This document shows, in pieces, positions 22,337-36,016 of a stretch of DNA of 64,000 bases. The stretch is from Podarcis cretensis. Lineage: Eukaryota. Numbering within the stretch: the first letter of the stretch is position 1; each line of letters starts with the position of its first letter. Under the pieces are notes generated by a model. It saw nothing but the letters and a program-made list of their open reading frames with translations, had not been told where the DNA came from and did not search any database. The position numbers and the translations under genes are program-made. The stretch covers positions 50,778,001 through 50,842,000 of the forward strand of contig OX638156.1 of the NCBI GenBank assembly GCA_951804945.1, given 5' to 3'.

Positions 22337-24345
22337 CTGGAAGTTGCTAGCCATACATCTGGAGAGATACCTCCTTGAAGGGCACACTAATGCAGAAGTT
22401 ACTCCCCACCCCTAGCTCGCATGGTGCTTGTGCCCAGCATGTGGAGGTTCATTGCAGGCTAAAGACCAAAGCGGGGTGGGATCCTGCCCCTTTCCTCGTA
22501 GGACACTGCCAAGCCAACCCTCTTTCTCAGCCTTCAATAGCCCTGTGCCGTCCGGGAGCTTTGAACTACAACTCCCATCAGTCCCAGCCAGTACCTGGCT
22601 GAGTCTGATGGGAGTTACAGTCCAAGACATCTGGAGGGCAGCAGCCTGGCGAAGGCAACAGTGAGGAGGATTCAAAGGTTCCTCCACATGCAGACGGACG
22701 GAGGCTCAAGTTCTTGCACACACACTTATTTTCCATGCAGGGACCTGAATAAAAGATGAGATTTCCACGGAGGCAACTCAGCTGCCCTTGCTGGTGGCCC
22801 CTGGCATCAGAGAAGCAGCACAGCAAGTCTGAGGACCAGGGAGAGGGGGGAAAGCCTCAAAAGCAGAATCATGGGGTACCCTAAAGATTTATTCCGGCAA
22901 TAGCCTTCCTGGCCTGAAATCCACTGCATCGGATTAGGTCCCAATAATCAGAAGCATCCTTTGTACATTGGATGAAACAGTCCACAAGAGCTCCTGCCAT
23001 CCTAAATCTGTTAGCCTTTAAGGTGCCATAAAAGTCTCTTGTCAGTTTTGTTGCTCTCCAGAAGGAGCTGCCACAAAGAACTCCCATCACAGCGTACCCA
23101 GTCTTTTTTCTGCCAGTCAGTATTAGGTACTGCAACGTTTCGTTGATTAATCAATTAAAAAAGCTTTTAATTCACTATGAAGCTGCCCTCAATAAATCAG
23201 GAAGCAGATTTATTTCAATATATATAATTTCCAATGCAAAGATTTGTAACAAGTGCAAGTGGCTAAGCACAATATTATAAGGTACATTCTCCCTTCTTCC
23301 TAACAGATGAAATGAATTTTCCTAGAGAAGATCTGCTGTGAAACATGTACATCCATTGTCTAAAAACAAAGTAAGCCATTTGCTTCAAAATTATTGTTTT
23401 TACTTATGCAAATTTAACCAACTAAATCCAAACAAGAAATCAACAAACAGTCCTACTCATTATACAAATGAGAATCACCTTTTTATCTGCTCTTTTTTCA
23501 GACTCTCTGGCTGAGCAGAGTCAGAACATCTAAAAATATTAAGACTTAAGAACTCCCTCACCTTTATCACAAATATATTTTTCTACAGCCTCTTGACAAA
23601 GGATAGATTTAGCAAAGATGTCATGAAAAACACCAACCTAGCTTAGGCTGTGTACACACTTCCATTTGCTGTGCATCCAATGCACTCCCACCCTGCTGAT
23701 GTGGGAAGTGGTATATACACCAAGTTAGCCACAATCCATATCTATCCTGTTGTTTCTTAGGAAATACTGCATTCTGATGCATTTCCCCCCAAACCACCTT
23801 CGATCCACATTGAGAAAAATAACAGCCTGGCTGCATTTCAAGTTGGTGATGTATACACAGCCTTAGATGGCTTCAAAAGTGGGGAGATTAAGGGTACTGG
23901 GAGTAGCTAAAGGGAAGGATAAAGAGGGTGATGCTGTCAGTGGCTGCTAGCCAGGATGCCGGTATGCTACCTGCAGTATCAGAGGCAGTAGTTGAGGAAC
24001 ATGTGCTAAGAGGTCCCCATATCCTACTAGTGAGCTTCCCACTGAAGCATCTGTTTGGCCACTGTGGAAAATGAGATGCTCAGATAGATGGGTGTTCTTA
24101 AGCATTTTTAGTTTTGGGTGATATCTATGATCATTTTGTTCTTGTGTGAGTTACAGTGAAGCCACTTATAGTAGAGAGAGAGAGAGTGCTGGGTTTGGCC
24201 TGCCAAACTTGATTGTGCACACAATCCTCAATGAGGATAATAACTTTATCAAGAGTCTTTGTAGGCAAGAGCACAGATGAGAACTAAGGAATCACACACA
24301 AGTCTGTTTCTTAAGAGAATCTTGTCGTCACTTGCCTGTCACCTC

Positions 24346-24346
<1 letters not shown>

Positions 24347-24379
<33 letters not shown>
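24347..24379. repeat. (CA)n microsatellite
   Basis: Read directly from sequence. Confidence 0.9.
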
Positions 24380-24381
<2 letters not shown>

Positions 24382-25926
24382 TCTCACACCTCCTTGCCTT
24401 CAGATGCATGTGAAATATAATACCCTTCTTTTTTGTTAAGTTAAACTTAGCAAAAAGGGTTGGGTGTTTGCAGAGATTTCCAAGGAAATTACAATAATTA
24501 GAACATCAGTAACACTACAGTGGAAGGATTTTGTAGAAAAGAGAATTCCAAAATCCAATCAAGCAATGAAGTACTTTATTAGAATTCTGGATTTTTCCTA
24601 ACGGCAAATAACCCTTTTACCCCAGGAAAGGCTAATCTGTTCCCCCGCTCCCAATATTGTTAGATTCCAATTCCAAACAGCCCCAGAAAACATGGCTAAT
24701 AATCAGGGATGATGGGAGTCCAGTAACATCTGGAAGTCACAGAATAGCTACTTTGCCTAGTTTAGCTGCTGCATTAACTAACGCAGAATGGACTCTCCAA
24801 GGTGTGTCCAAGTTAAAGAGTTGGCTTAAGTGCACCCTTCATTAGCAATACCGTTGAGTGATCTTACAATCTTCTTCCCCTTGAGTTATTGTTCATGATA
24901 CCCAAACATTCACTTCATAGCCAATTGTTACTATTCAGATCATTCCTCTGCTGCCAATTTTAGCAACTTAATTTAGCCTTGTAAACAGCCACTATGCTGG
25001 CCACTGGTGGCAAGTGAATTACCTCCAGGCAAGGAATCTTTTGCAAACTGGATTTTCTCTCCGTCTTTCAGGTCAGGCTATCACATGTATATTTGGGAAG
25101 TCGATCTGCTGAACATACTTATGGACCAGCACAGCCTTTGCTAGCCTGGAGTCCTTCTGATGCTTTGAACTACAACTTCCCATTGGCCTCAGCCAGCACA
25201 CCTGAATGATGCTGAGGTTGATGGAGTTGTAGTCCAAAACATATAAAGGGCCCAGGTTGGCGAGGACTGCTTTAACTGATAATGTAAGCGAAATGAGTAC
25301 AACTGGCTACAAAATCACCTGCATTCAGAAACCGATTGGCAACTGTGGAGGTAAAATAATCAGGTCTGCATCATGGGATCCAACCCACCTCAGGTGGGTG
25401 CAGTACTCAAATTAGAGGGGGTCTGTAGTGGCCATGACTCCCTTACCTTGAGTGATGTCTCACCCAGCTAGTCTCTTTAGAAGGCTCTTCAGGGAGGCAA
25501 GGGTGCAGGGAAGATTTGGTAAAAATTATGGGGAAGCAGGAGAGTGAGATTATGGATTTCATTCAGCTCTCCTCTCATCTTTCCCCAAATAACTGAAATA
25601 CTGTGTGGGTGGGTAGCATTCACTTTGATCCCTGACAGGTGCACCTGAGTCCTGCATCCATTATTTTCTGACAACAAACAAAAAGGTTTATTTGGGTCCT
25701 GAACTGAAGAGGAAAGGAAAGTCATAGAGATGCACTATTTTGCCAGGGCCTCTTCAAAAACATGTAAAAACTGAGAGAGATGAAAGTGTGTGTGTGTTTG
25801 TTCCTAGAAGAAATTTGCCCAGAGAATTCTGTAGTCAGCAAATGGCCGGTGGCCCAGGTACCTTTGTAATTTCCTTGAACTCAAAAATCCAGTTGTCAAG
25901 ATAAACTGGCATGTAAGACTTTAGGA

Positions 25927-26120
25927 CAGAGCTTTTCAGGTTGTTCACTTTTTAGACATGCTTTATTTCGTGACACAGTAATTCACTTTTAATAGCAAAC
26001 TGGAGGTTAAACTAACCCCTTTCCCAGCCCCAGGAGGAGCGCGGGGAGTGTTTGCACGACACACCTACACACTGCAGCTGACACACTAACATGTTGCAAC
26101 ACACAGTTTGGAAAGCTCTG
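25927..26120. mobile_element. hAT MITE
   Basis: TIRs CAGAGCTTT / AAAGCTCTG; perfect 8-bp TSD CTTTAGGA. Confidence 0.85.
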
Positions 26121-29100
26121 CTTTAGGATTTCTTCATATACTATACCACAAGCCTATCAATTGCAGAACTTAAGAGTTGACCTGCCTGCTTAGTACCCTC
26201 ACAACTTCCCCGCATTCACACACACATACACGTGCCAGAGATTAGCTCAACATTAATGACTCTGTTATTCTTACAAAAACTACTATAAAACAACTAACAA
26301 CCCTTACTTGGTGCATATTCAAGGAACTACCATGACTTATGAGTCCATTCATCCCTTCCTAAAATCATGGAGCTGGAAAAATAACAAAAGACCACCTAAC
26401 TGCATCGGATAACCCCCCCTCCATTCATCTTCATATTCACATATATGCACACACTGCAGAATCTGGACTGTGCAACTCTGATCACTAGAGGGACATACAC
26501 AAGTCAGGGAGATGCTGGCAAATTCCAGGTGGCTCAAATCAAGGCACACACTTCATGGGAAAGTACAGACCTGATCCCCCACTTCCAAAGTCACTAGGCA
26601 ACCTGAGCTTGGGATCACAGGTTCCTAGCCCTGAATACAGAGATCCCTGAAGCCATAGGCAGGAGCAAAATCCTAGCCACCATGTCATTAAAAAAAGCAT
26701 TAATGGGTCACAACTCCACACCACCCAACATGCTGTGCCTGCCTTGACTGTCTCTAATGCTTCAGAAAGGTGGGTCTATGAGGGGACCTCTGAATCTTAC
26801 ACAAGGGAAAAGATTCCACCACAACTATCCCCAGTTCCATGGTTCACTCTATGATAGGCCCAACTGAAGCACCAGAACAGAAAATTTAGGATACCTTGAG
26901 CAATTTTCTCCACCTCTGCTTTGACCTCCATCTGGCTTTTGGTCTCTCAACAGGCCCAGGAAGGTTTTTCAACTCTGGTGGCTTATGGTCTCCTAACCCC
27001 TTCCTAAAATCACCCCCCCCCCCAAGTCCAGGCACACACACAAAAAAGAAAGTAAAATAGGTTTTAAAAACTCACAGTTAGGAAATGGCTGACCTGGCTT
27101 CTAAAGCTCTTGGTGTAAAATGCCAGAGAGGTGGAAGCTCCCTGGTCTGGTCCTGCCCCAGAAAGCCTGTCTCTGAGAGGGGAACATGAGGCAAGGGGTG
27201 GGCACTGCCAGGGGCTGAGGAACATCAGATGGGAGGGGGCAAACTGCAGGGCTTTCGGGAGGGAGGCCAGAGCTGAGCCTTGCCTCGCTCTCAGCTATCT
27301 CTTTAGACCCCACAGCTGTGCCCACAAGCAGAAGCAAACACAGGGCAAGTCCCATGACTTCCCCCCAAAGAATCCTGGGAGTGATTTTTAAGTTTTGCAA
27401 AGGTGCTTCTCAAGAGGCCTCCAAATCTCTTTGCAGCACAAAACCCTCTTGGACCTTCAGCTTCCTTGGGCGAGGCTGGTTGGAAAAGTAGGCCTGTCCT
27501 TCATTCCCTTTCCCTTGCCAAGCCTCACAAGCATCCCTTTCAATACCTTCCACCGTCCAAAGCAAGTGTTATTTTAAAATAGGGGGCCTTTGAGAAGCTG
27601 ACAGTTTGAGGAGCTACTTTTCCTCCTGGGCCTTCCTGATCCCCCGTCTCCCCATTGCTCATCTAGGCCTTTCCTTCGCACTCCACACAGTCTCAGTGAA
27701 CTTGTCTAAACAGCAATCCATTTAGGTTCAAAAGCAACAAAAGTTAGAAAAGGCCTTCTGATCCCAAAAGTTACAAATAATGCCCATAAGCCTTCTTTAG
27801 GCCTTCTGGTTTACTGTGGAGCCACAACACGCAACTAGGTTGCTCAGAAGCACCCAGTTGATGTTATCCCACCCGAACAGACACAACTGTTCCAGAGGCA
27901 CCCTGCAACCCACTAGCCAGTCAGCTAGTGAAATGATTTACGTGTTGTTAAAAACAGCGCAAGAGGCTTACAATTGTTATGCTGCTTTCCCTTACAGCCA
28001 CCCCATAAGATCACTGTGATGCCCATTTTACAGATGAACAAGCAAGTCCCACCAGACGACAGTTTGCCCAAGGCCACGCAATGAGCCCATCGAAGAGCCA
28101 GGCATCCAGATCCATTTCTTCCCTGCCTGCTCACTGCCTCCCACTTGTCATTCAGAGACAGTCTCGAAAAGACGCTATAAGGGGATCCTCCATTTACAGG
28201 ACCACACTTTATGCAAAAGGATTAATACAAGCTCACTTGCACCTTTTCAGGAACTGAAGCAGTGCCTGGGGCTGAGTTTCAGTGTGTGCCACCCTGGATC
28301 CAGTGGAGGCACTCAGAGAGCACCCAAAGGGTCAAGCGCACAATGGCCAGGAGCGATACTGTGAAAGGGGTCCCTTTGGGGGACACCCTCAGCAGAAACG
28401 ACACTTATAAGGTCCCTTTCGGCATGCCGCAGCCGCAAGACACACCCCCTTGGCCCCCTCCCACGAGTTGCCGGGGTCCAGTATCTAGAGGACAATGAGG
28501 GAGCAGAGAAAGGACTGCTGTGAGCTTAAGGTTTCCTCTCCTCTTTGCTAGACCAGCTGCAGCAGGAGTTGCCCCATGGCAAACCACAGGTGCCTGGCTG
28601 AGGCTGGAGCAGGGACAAGAGTGCCCGTTGGGGAACACAGGCAAGCTGCACACCCTCCGCTCAGGACTGTATCAGCAGGTGCTGCCTTTCAAACCCACTC
28701 CATTGTGGAACCGCCAGCATTGCAACATCTTACCTTTCGATGCAAAGGCAGCTCCCAGGCACGGCTTCTCGCTCAGGGTTCTGTGCGTCTTCGGGAGAAG
28801 GGGGGGGAAAACCCTGCTTTTCCAAGGTAGAGAAGCAGCTTCCCACCCCCTCCTGCACAGGAATCGCCTTGTTTGCAGAGGCGGAATTGCAGCCAAGAAG
28901 AAAAGAGACTTTTCATTCAATAACCTTTGGCTGGAGCAAGCGTGGAGGGGCGGAGGAGCCAGAGCCCAGGCAAAATCATCCCAGGGCAGGAAGGTACCAA
29001 ACAAGAAAGGGGAAAAAACCCAAACAGTCAACCTTCTACCTAGGCAAGGCTGAACCCTTTAAGGGACTCCGGGGACTGCAGCCCCCTGCTCTGGGACAGA

Positions 29101-31697
29101 GAAGGGCACAGAAACCGCCTACCCCAGGGAGTGGAACCTGCAGCAACCCGGCACTCCCCCTGCAAGGACAATGACAGTTTCTGAGCTGCTGCTCCCCCCC
29201 CACCCCCCTTTCCTCCAACGCACAGACTGTATAGCTATTCCTGGAGTCTATAAAAACCATCTCTCTAAACACCCCCTGGCTGCAGAAATAGCTTCACCAG
29301 GGTTGCTATTCTCAGGGACGGCTTTCCTTGCGTGATCCAGGAACTTGGGAAGAACAATTGTCTTCAGTTCGCTTTTCCCCACCCCCCTTTCTCTCTCTTT
29401 TTTTTGTTAGCCATCAGCTGCTGGTCCTTCTCCCTGGAACTCATTATTCTGCAGTGTGCTGGTTCCTCGCAGGCTGCGGAAGAGTCACATAACAACTGCC
29501 AGCAGAAGTGCTGGTGGCACAACCTGAGTTCCCAGCATATCCATGACGCCCCGTAGAAAGCAGCCTCTTTACCTGAAGCCATGGTAGGCTCTTGGCAGCA
29601 AAGCAGACAGATTTCACCCTTCTGCGCCTGCTCCCCCAACCCAGCACTGGTGTCTGTGGGTCTTTGGAGCACCCCTTCCTTCCTGATGGACACCTGCTGG
29701 ATGTTAGCACACACTCCATTCACAGCCTGCTTGAGGGGTCACCTGGGGACAAGCAGACACCCTCCAGCAGGACTTGCAGAGGAGAAAAAGGAAGGGGCTG
29801 AGAGCAGGAGCTCAGGGATTGGGCCGCTCCTTACAGGGAAATTGATGCTGGTTCTTCGGAAGCCAGGAGTGGGGAGACGAAGGCAGGGTAGCACTATAGT
29901 GGGCATTGGTGTCATTATGCCCCAAAGAAGCAACCCTTCACCTGGTTTCTTCTCTATAAACCTGGAGCAGGAAAACTGTGTACCTCCTTGCCACAAATAT
30001 TGCTGGACTGCAATGCCCAACAGCCCGAGCCAGCATGGTCAATGGCAAGCGATGTTGCGGGGCCAGGGATGGTGTGGACTGATGCTCCTCACTCAGCCCT
30101 GTCCTAAACTCTCACACACTGTTCAGGGCCAAGGAAAACACAACAGAACCACTGCAGAATCAGCTTCAGTCGGTGAATCCAACACAGAATCATAGAATTG
30201 TAGAGTTGGAAATGATCCCAAAGGTCATCTATGCAGTAATAGTTTGGGGGAGGGGATTATGAACATCCTGATACTGGCCTCAAAGTGTTATTTTATCCCT
30301 CTTTCCCAGGCCATACTCTCTCCATTTCAAGTGGCCTATGCCAGGTATTCCTCATGCCCTTTACCTTGGCCCTTTAATCCTCATTCCTAACAAGAGTGGA
30401 ACTTAAGTACATTCAACTTTATTTGCCTGTGTTATTTCATTCCTTCCTCTTTTCTCCATTGCATGCCCCAGACTGCAAGCTTTTTGCCTATGTGTCTGTG
30501 TGAGCTGAAGATATGAAGTATTTGGCATTCCAGATGTTGTTGGGACTATAACATCCATCATCGCTGGCCATGCTGGCTGGGGACAATGTGACTTCAGGAA
30601 CATCGGGGGGATGGGGACGGACAGGTTAGCAATCCCTGGTGAAAGGCTCCATGCCCACAGATTATACACTATTCATGCAGCTGCTACTACTCCAGATGAG
30701 TGTTAGGATTAGTCAAGAGTGAAGAAGCATTTCAATGCATCAGCAAAGTTTCCAACACACAACAGGGTATTTCAATGAAAGTAATTTGTATGAAGTAGGT
30801 GTGAGCGTTTCCAGGTTGTCAAGAATGCAATTGCAGCAGTCAAAGTTGTTGCATAAGATGACTAGAAGAAGTGTTTCCCTTTAATGCTCTGTGGCACCTT
30901 TTTTACTCTAGTTCTCAAGAAAAGGGTTGGAGTGGTGGAAGGCCTGGCCTAGCAGCTCCCCTTCTGTACCTTCCTTTTATTGTATTGTGTACAGAAAAGG
31001 TGGACATATTGGATTTTGCCTTGACTCTTTTTGTTGTTAGAGCTAAGCTATGAGGCTGCACTAGGTGAAGATTTTGGGGAGGACTAATCAGACAGCCAAC
31101 GTGGCAGTGGCCTTGATTGCCCCTTTCTAGCCACCACAGAAGGGATGGATGAGGACTGTTCAAGCTCCACCATGCCATTCTGAGGTGTGAACTTGTTCCC
31201 CTCCCCCTGTTATTTAAAATACTGTACAATTTTTACAGAATTTCCAAAGTACAATTAGGTGTAAACTTGTTGAGCTGACTTCCTATAACTGAGTCATGCA
31301 GGATTTTTTAAAAAAGAAATCTAGACAAATTTTCCTCTGCTGCATTTACAGTCCAAAACAAAAAGCAAAAGGCAGAATGGAATGCCCCAGTCAAGGGACT
31401 GTGAAGGACGGGACCACACTTCAGCTTCATTTCATGCAAATAAGAAACATCCCATAAAAAGCAAGGAAGAGGATACAAGGCAGGAGTTCACGCAGGGCCA
31501 GCTGGTGACTTCACAGCCAACCAGGGATTACAGTCAGGGACTCTGCAATTCATGATCATAGCCACTCCTCTTATACCTGCTCTAAATTTGACTCCCTCTC
31601 CACTGGACACCATCTGCTACCAGCCAGGTGGGGTATGTGAACCCTGGTCTATGAAGGCATGCACACGTACCACACAAGAAAGTTTTCCCCTATTAAA

Positions 31698-31703
31698 TTT
31701 ATT
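31698..31703 (-). terminator. TANGO6 poly(A) signal AATAAA
   Basis: TTTATT on +, ~320 nt past the stop codon. Confidence 0.6.
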
Positions 31704-32019
31704 GCATTGACTGATCCCAGCAGCAGCCCCAAGACAGTCCTTCCCTCCTAAGGGACACCCTTGAATAAGTGTCAAATTTCTGCAAAATCTGCCCGTGGGA
31801 GCAATGTTCTAGGCAGGCAATGGTCCAGTCTGCTCTCAGGAGCCACAGCTCAAGGACCAGCCACTCGCTCATTGCAAACTAGCACTTCTGAGGCCACAGG
31901 GGTTCAAGAGCCCAGCTGCTCGGCTCCCAAACCCCACTTCCCTGAGAGACCCTGGTACAGTTCTGAGGTTGTGCTGCACAGTAGCAGGAGTCCTCTGATC
32001 CACTGGCACTTGTGCTTCC

Positions 32020-32280
<261 letters not shown>

Positions 32281-32794
32281 CTATAATGCATAGGCAGAGT
32301 ATGGGAGAGTGTTCTTTCTGAGCACCAAACAAAGGCCAGACTGGCCTCTGCTTTGTCTTGAAATGCTTTCTCAATAGTTTCCCACCTTTTTCTGAAGGAT
32401 CTGATAGCCAGAAGATTGTCAGGATGAGGTTCAGGGGGAGGGGGAGAATACCTTTCCAAATTTCTCTAATCACGGTCTGCATGTGGGACAGCCAGGTAAT
32501 CCCACCCAGACAAGCTTCTCATTAATGCTCAACACATTTTCTGCCTCCTCCACCTCCCACTGCACCGAGGGAGTTCTGGCCACTGAGGTCCTGCAGCAGG
32601 TGATCTTTGCAAAGCAACAGAGGCCTGTCTTGCATCTTGCAACAAACAGGCAGCAGCAGATTCTGAAAACAGAAACTTTTATAGATAGGGCTTGCTGGAG
32701 ACTGCCTGATGAATGCTCACTTCAGAAATAAGGCAAAGCCCTGTGGCTTTTTGTGCCCACATATCCACCACAGCAGATCAAAGCCTGGCTATGG

Positions 32795-32977
32795 GAACAT
32801 GGGAAGCGACCTTATGTGGAGTCAGACCATTGGTCCATCTAGCTCAGTATTGTCAACGCTGACTGGTAGCAGCTCTCCCAAGTTTCAGACCGGGTTTCCT
32901 TCCAGCCCTATGCAGAAATGCCCAGGATTGAACCTGGGACCTTCTGCATGCAAAGCTGATGATCTACCACTGAGCTA
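32795..32977 (-). mobile_element. Squam3-like SINE
   Basis: Near full-length copy. Confidence 0.75.
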
Positions 32978-35881
32978 AGGCACTTCCCCAATATAGGATC
33001 GATAGCCTTTGCCCCAGTTGAAGGTGTGACACCACTTCCTTTTCTGCAACACCATAGGAAAACACCTCCAGCAGGAAAGCATTGCACCAGTCTGGGAGAT
33101 TCCCTCTTATTCCTAGGAACAACTGAGGTCATGATAGTGAGATGTCAGAATGCTTATTCCACACCAGGAAAAGAAACACCCATTGGAGAGGCAGAGTTAT
33201 GTGCAATGTCCAAAAGAACCTTTCATGCCCCAGAAGCCATTCAGCTGTCCAACCAACTGCGGTTAAAGGGCTCCCTTTGCAGCTGCCTGTCAGAAAATAC
33301 TTTTGTCTAGATCTGTGCTAGAAAATTCCGTAAGCCTGATCTGGTCCCCAGAGCAATGTTAGCTGGCCCCTTGTAGACCTGTCACATTCTAGTCAAGGTG
33401 TGATAAAATGTTTATAACAAGTAAGAGCGAGAAATTAGTATACACCCATCTATCATCTTTTGGATTCTGAATCTAAGGTGCTCTACACACCCTTCTGCTT
33501 TGCCCAGGCTTCATTACAGACCTGAGCACCTGAGATTAATTTGTGTAGTGAAAACACACTGCTGACCCTTGAACTACTGTACAGAGCTACCTGGTGGCAG
33601 GTAATGGAGCTTGCAATGATCTAAACAGAGTTGCCTTGCTGCATGACACATTGAGAAAAGATAATGGTGATTTCCCAGAACTTTCAATGTTGGGAAAGCA
33701 AAACAGCAAAAAAGAAAATGAAAGTCAGTAAAAGCCAGAAAGCTGCAGATGGGAACCTGCACTGGGTCAAAACTTGCAAAATTGCAGCCATGATTGTGCT
33801 GGAGGTGAGAAGGCAACTCTTGCGCTGGTTCAGTTCAAATTTGGAATGAGGGCTCCCGTCCTCATTTTCTCCTGAGGTGCAGAGCCCAACAGGAAAAGCA
33901 TCCACTGGCACGAGGATGCAATGGGGTCATAAGGCAAAGAGTTTTGCTCAGCCTGAAAGGTTCCCAATTTCAACATGAGCTTGTGCAGGGGAATTTGATG
34001 AGAGAGCCACAGGAGCAACCAAATTGTGGGCCTGGCCTGCAAAGGTGTGTTCATTCGCAGAGGGCTGGATTCCCCCCCGCCCCCCGAAAGGCAGTTGGAG
34101 AGTGACTTGTGCATAAATGCCCTTTTCATTTCAGGTGCCTGGCACTGAGGCTTCTGCCTGTCCAAAGGTAGAAAGAGAAGCAGCCTTGCCAAAGAAACAG
34201 CACTGCTGTGCAGGAGAGGCAGAGAGTCAAGCAGCTTCTCTCAGAGCCCAGCATGGCTAGCCCATCCCCACAGGGCTTGGCTAAGAGTGAAGGTAGAAAG
34301 GAGCAGAAGGAAGAAGACACAGTTCCTGGGCTTCCTGGATGGGGCACTCCCCAGTGTCCTGCCAAAAGAGATCCACTGGTGGCAGCTTGCCCAGGGCTCC
34401 TGGCCTGCACCTGGCCAACCATGCCAAGGCAGCTCCACCTGATGCTGCTGCGCTTTGAAACTCAGGTGGGCAGCCTGTAGAAGCCGCAAGTCCCAGCAGG
34501 CCTCATTCACTATACACAGCCTCAATACAAGGAATACATCCCAAAACCCTCAGCAGTTTGGCAACTTGCTTATCTCCTTTGGGAAGATTGCTGATTGTTT
34601 TGATTGTTTTTGAATTTTATTATTAACCATGCAAAGGCTCTAATGGAGTAACATTCATCTCCTATTCTTAAAAGGAAGTGGCCTGTGACACCATTATTGG
34701 GTTGGGGGCAGAGAGAAACTTGGAAATAAAAAATGAACAATTTATGTTATAGAATAATGGGGAAAGGGATTAAAATCCAAAAACCCTCCCCCAAAATACT
34801 CCTGCTCAGTGAAGACCTGAAGATTTTCATTTCTCTGCTGCTACTCTGCAATTGTTTTATCCCTGTTTGACAATGTCAGGGAAACTGCATGTATATTGTA
34901 TCTTTGAGCTCCAGTGATATAAATTGGGTTTGGTACTGGCAGTCTAGTAAATACTAAAAAAAATTAATCCAAATATTTCCAAATGTCTTTTCCCTTTAAA
35001 AACTACAAGGGGGATAATGCTTCCTATGCTTTCAAAACTTTAGGAAGTATTTCCACCTCCCATTGTGTCGTTCATTCAAGGTCACTTCCACCCTCTGTAA
35101 TAATCAAGGACAAGAGTGCAACAGCAGCAACAAGCTGAGAATATGGCTGGAGAGAAATCCTAGCAGGAACAGAATTTCCTGGGTCTGGATGGTGCTTCTA
35201 CTGCCCTTTGCCTCAACTTGGGAGGCAATTCACCTTGGAAGGGCACCAGGGCAGTTCTAGAAGGCCACACCTTTCATTGACTGCCTGCAGCAACAATCAG
35301 ATGAACATGATTCTTGTAATCTTTTTTCCAGTGAGTCAATGGTAGCTGCAAATGAAATTCCCACTGCTCAGAGCCAACTTCTGGGATAGAACCAGCTGTG
35401 GCAGTCTGAGCCTTGCTGCAAGGATGCTGCCCACACAGGAAAAGGGAAGAGGCAGCCTTCAGTCTGCTGCCCGAAAGCTAGTCGTTTATTTTGTGAAGGT
35501 GGCTTAATGTGTTCAGACCTTAATGGGTCTTATTTTGAGTAAAAGACTGTTTGCTCTTGAGTATAGGCTTTCACTTTCAGGACTGAAAGAGGTTCTGTTG
35601 CTAGGCTATAGAGGGGAGAAGACCTACAGTTGAGACATGATAGGCAATTTTCACAACATAAATGGCGGCTTCTGGGCACCAGCTCAAGGTGCGCCTCTCC
35701 TTTTACTTTTTGTCCATTTTCTTTGGTGTTGCCCCTGTTCCACTTCTCTTCACACAGGGCACTTGCAGGGCAAACCACAGCTCTGGCCCTAGGGGGAGTG
35801 GGGAAAAACTTTTACCTCCAGTCTCAACCATAAAAGCAGAGGAGCCTGGGCTACAGGGCATCTCTCTTTTGGGCAGAATCA

Positions 35882-36016
<135 letters not shown>

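Noticed and set aside
28520-30195. 177-aa and 204-aa intergenic ORFs
   Set aside because: No domain similarity, codon bias or splice support; consistent with chance ORFs.
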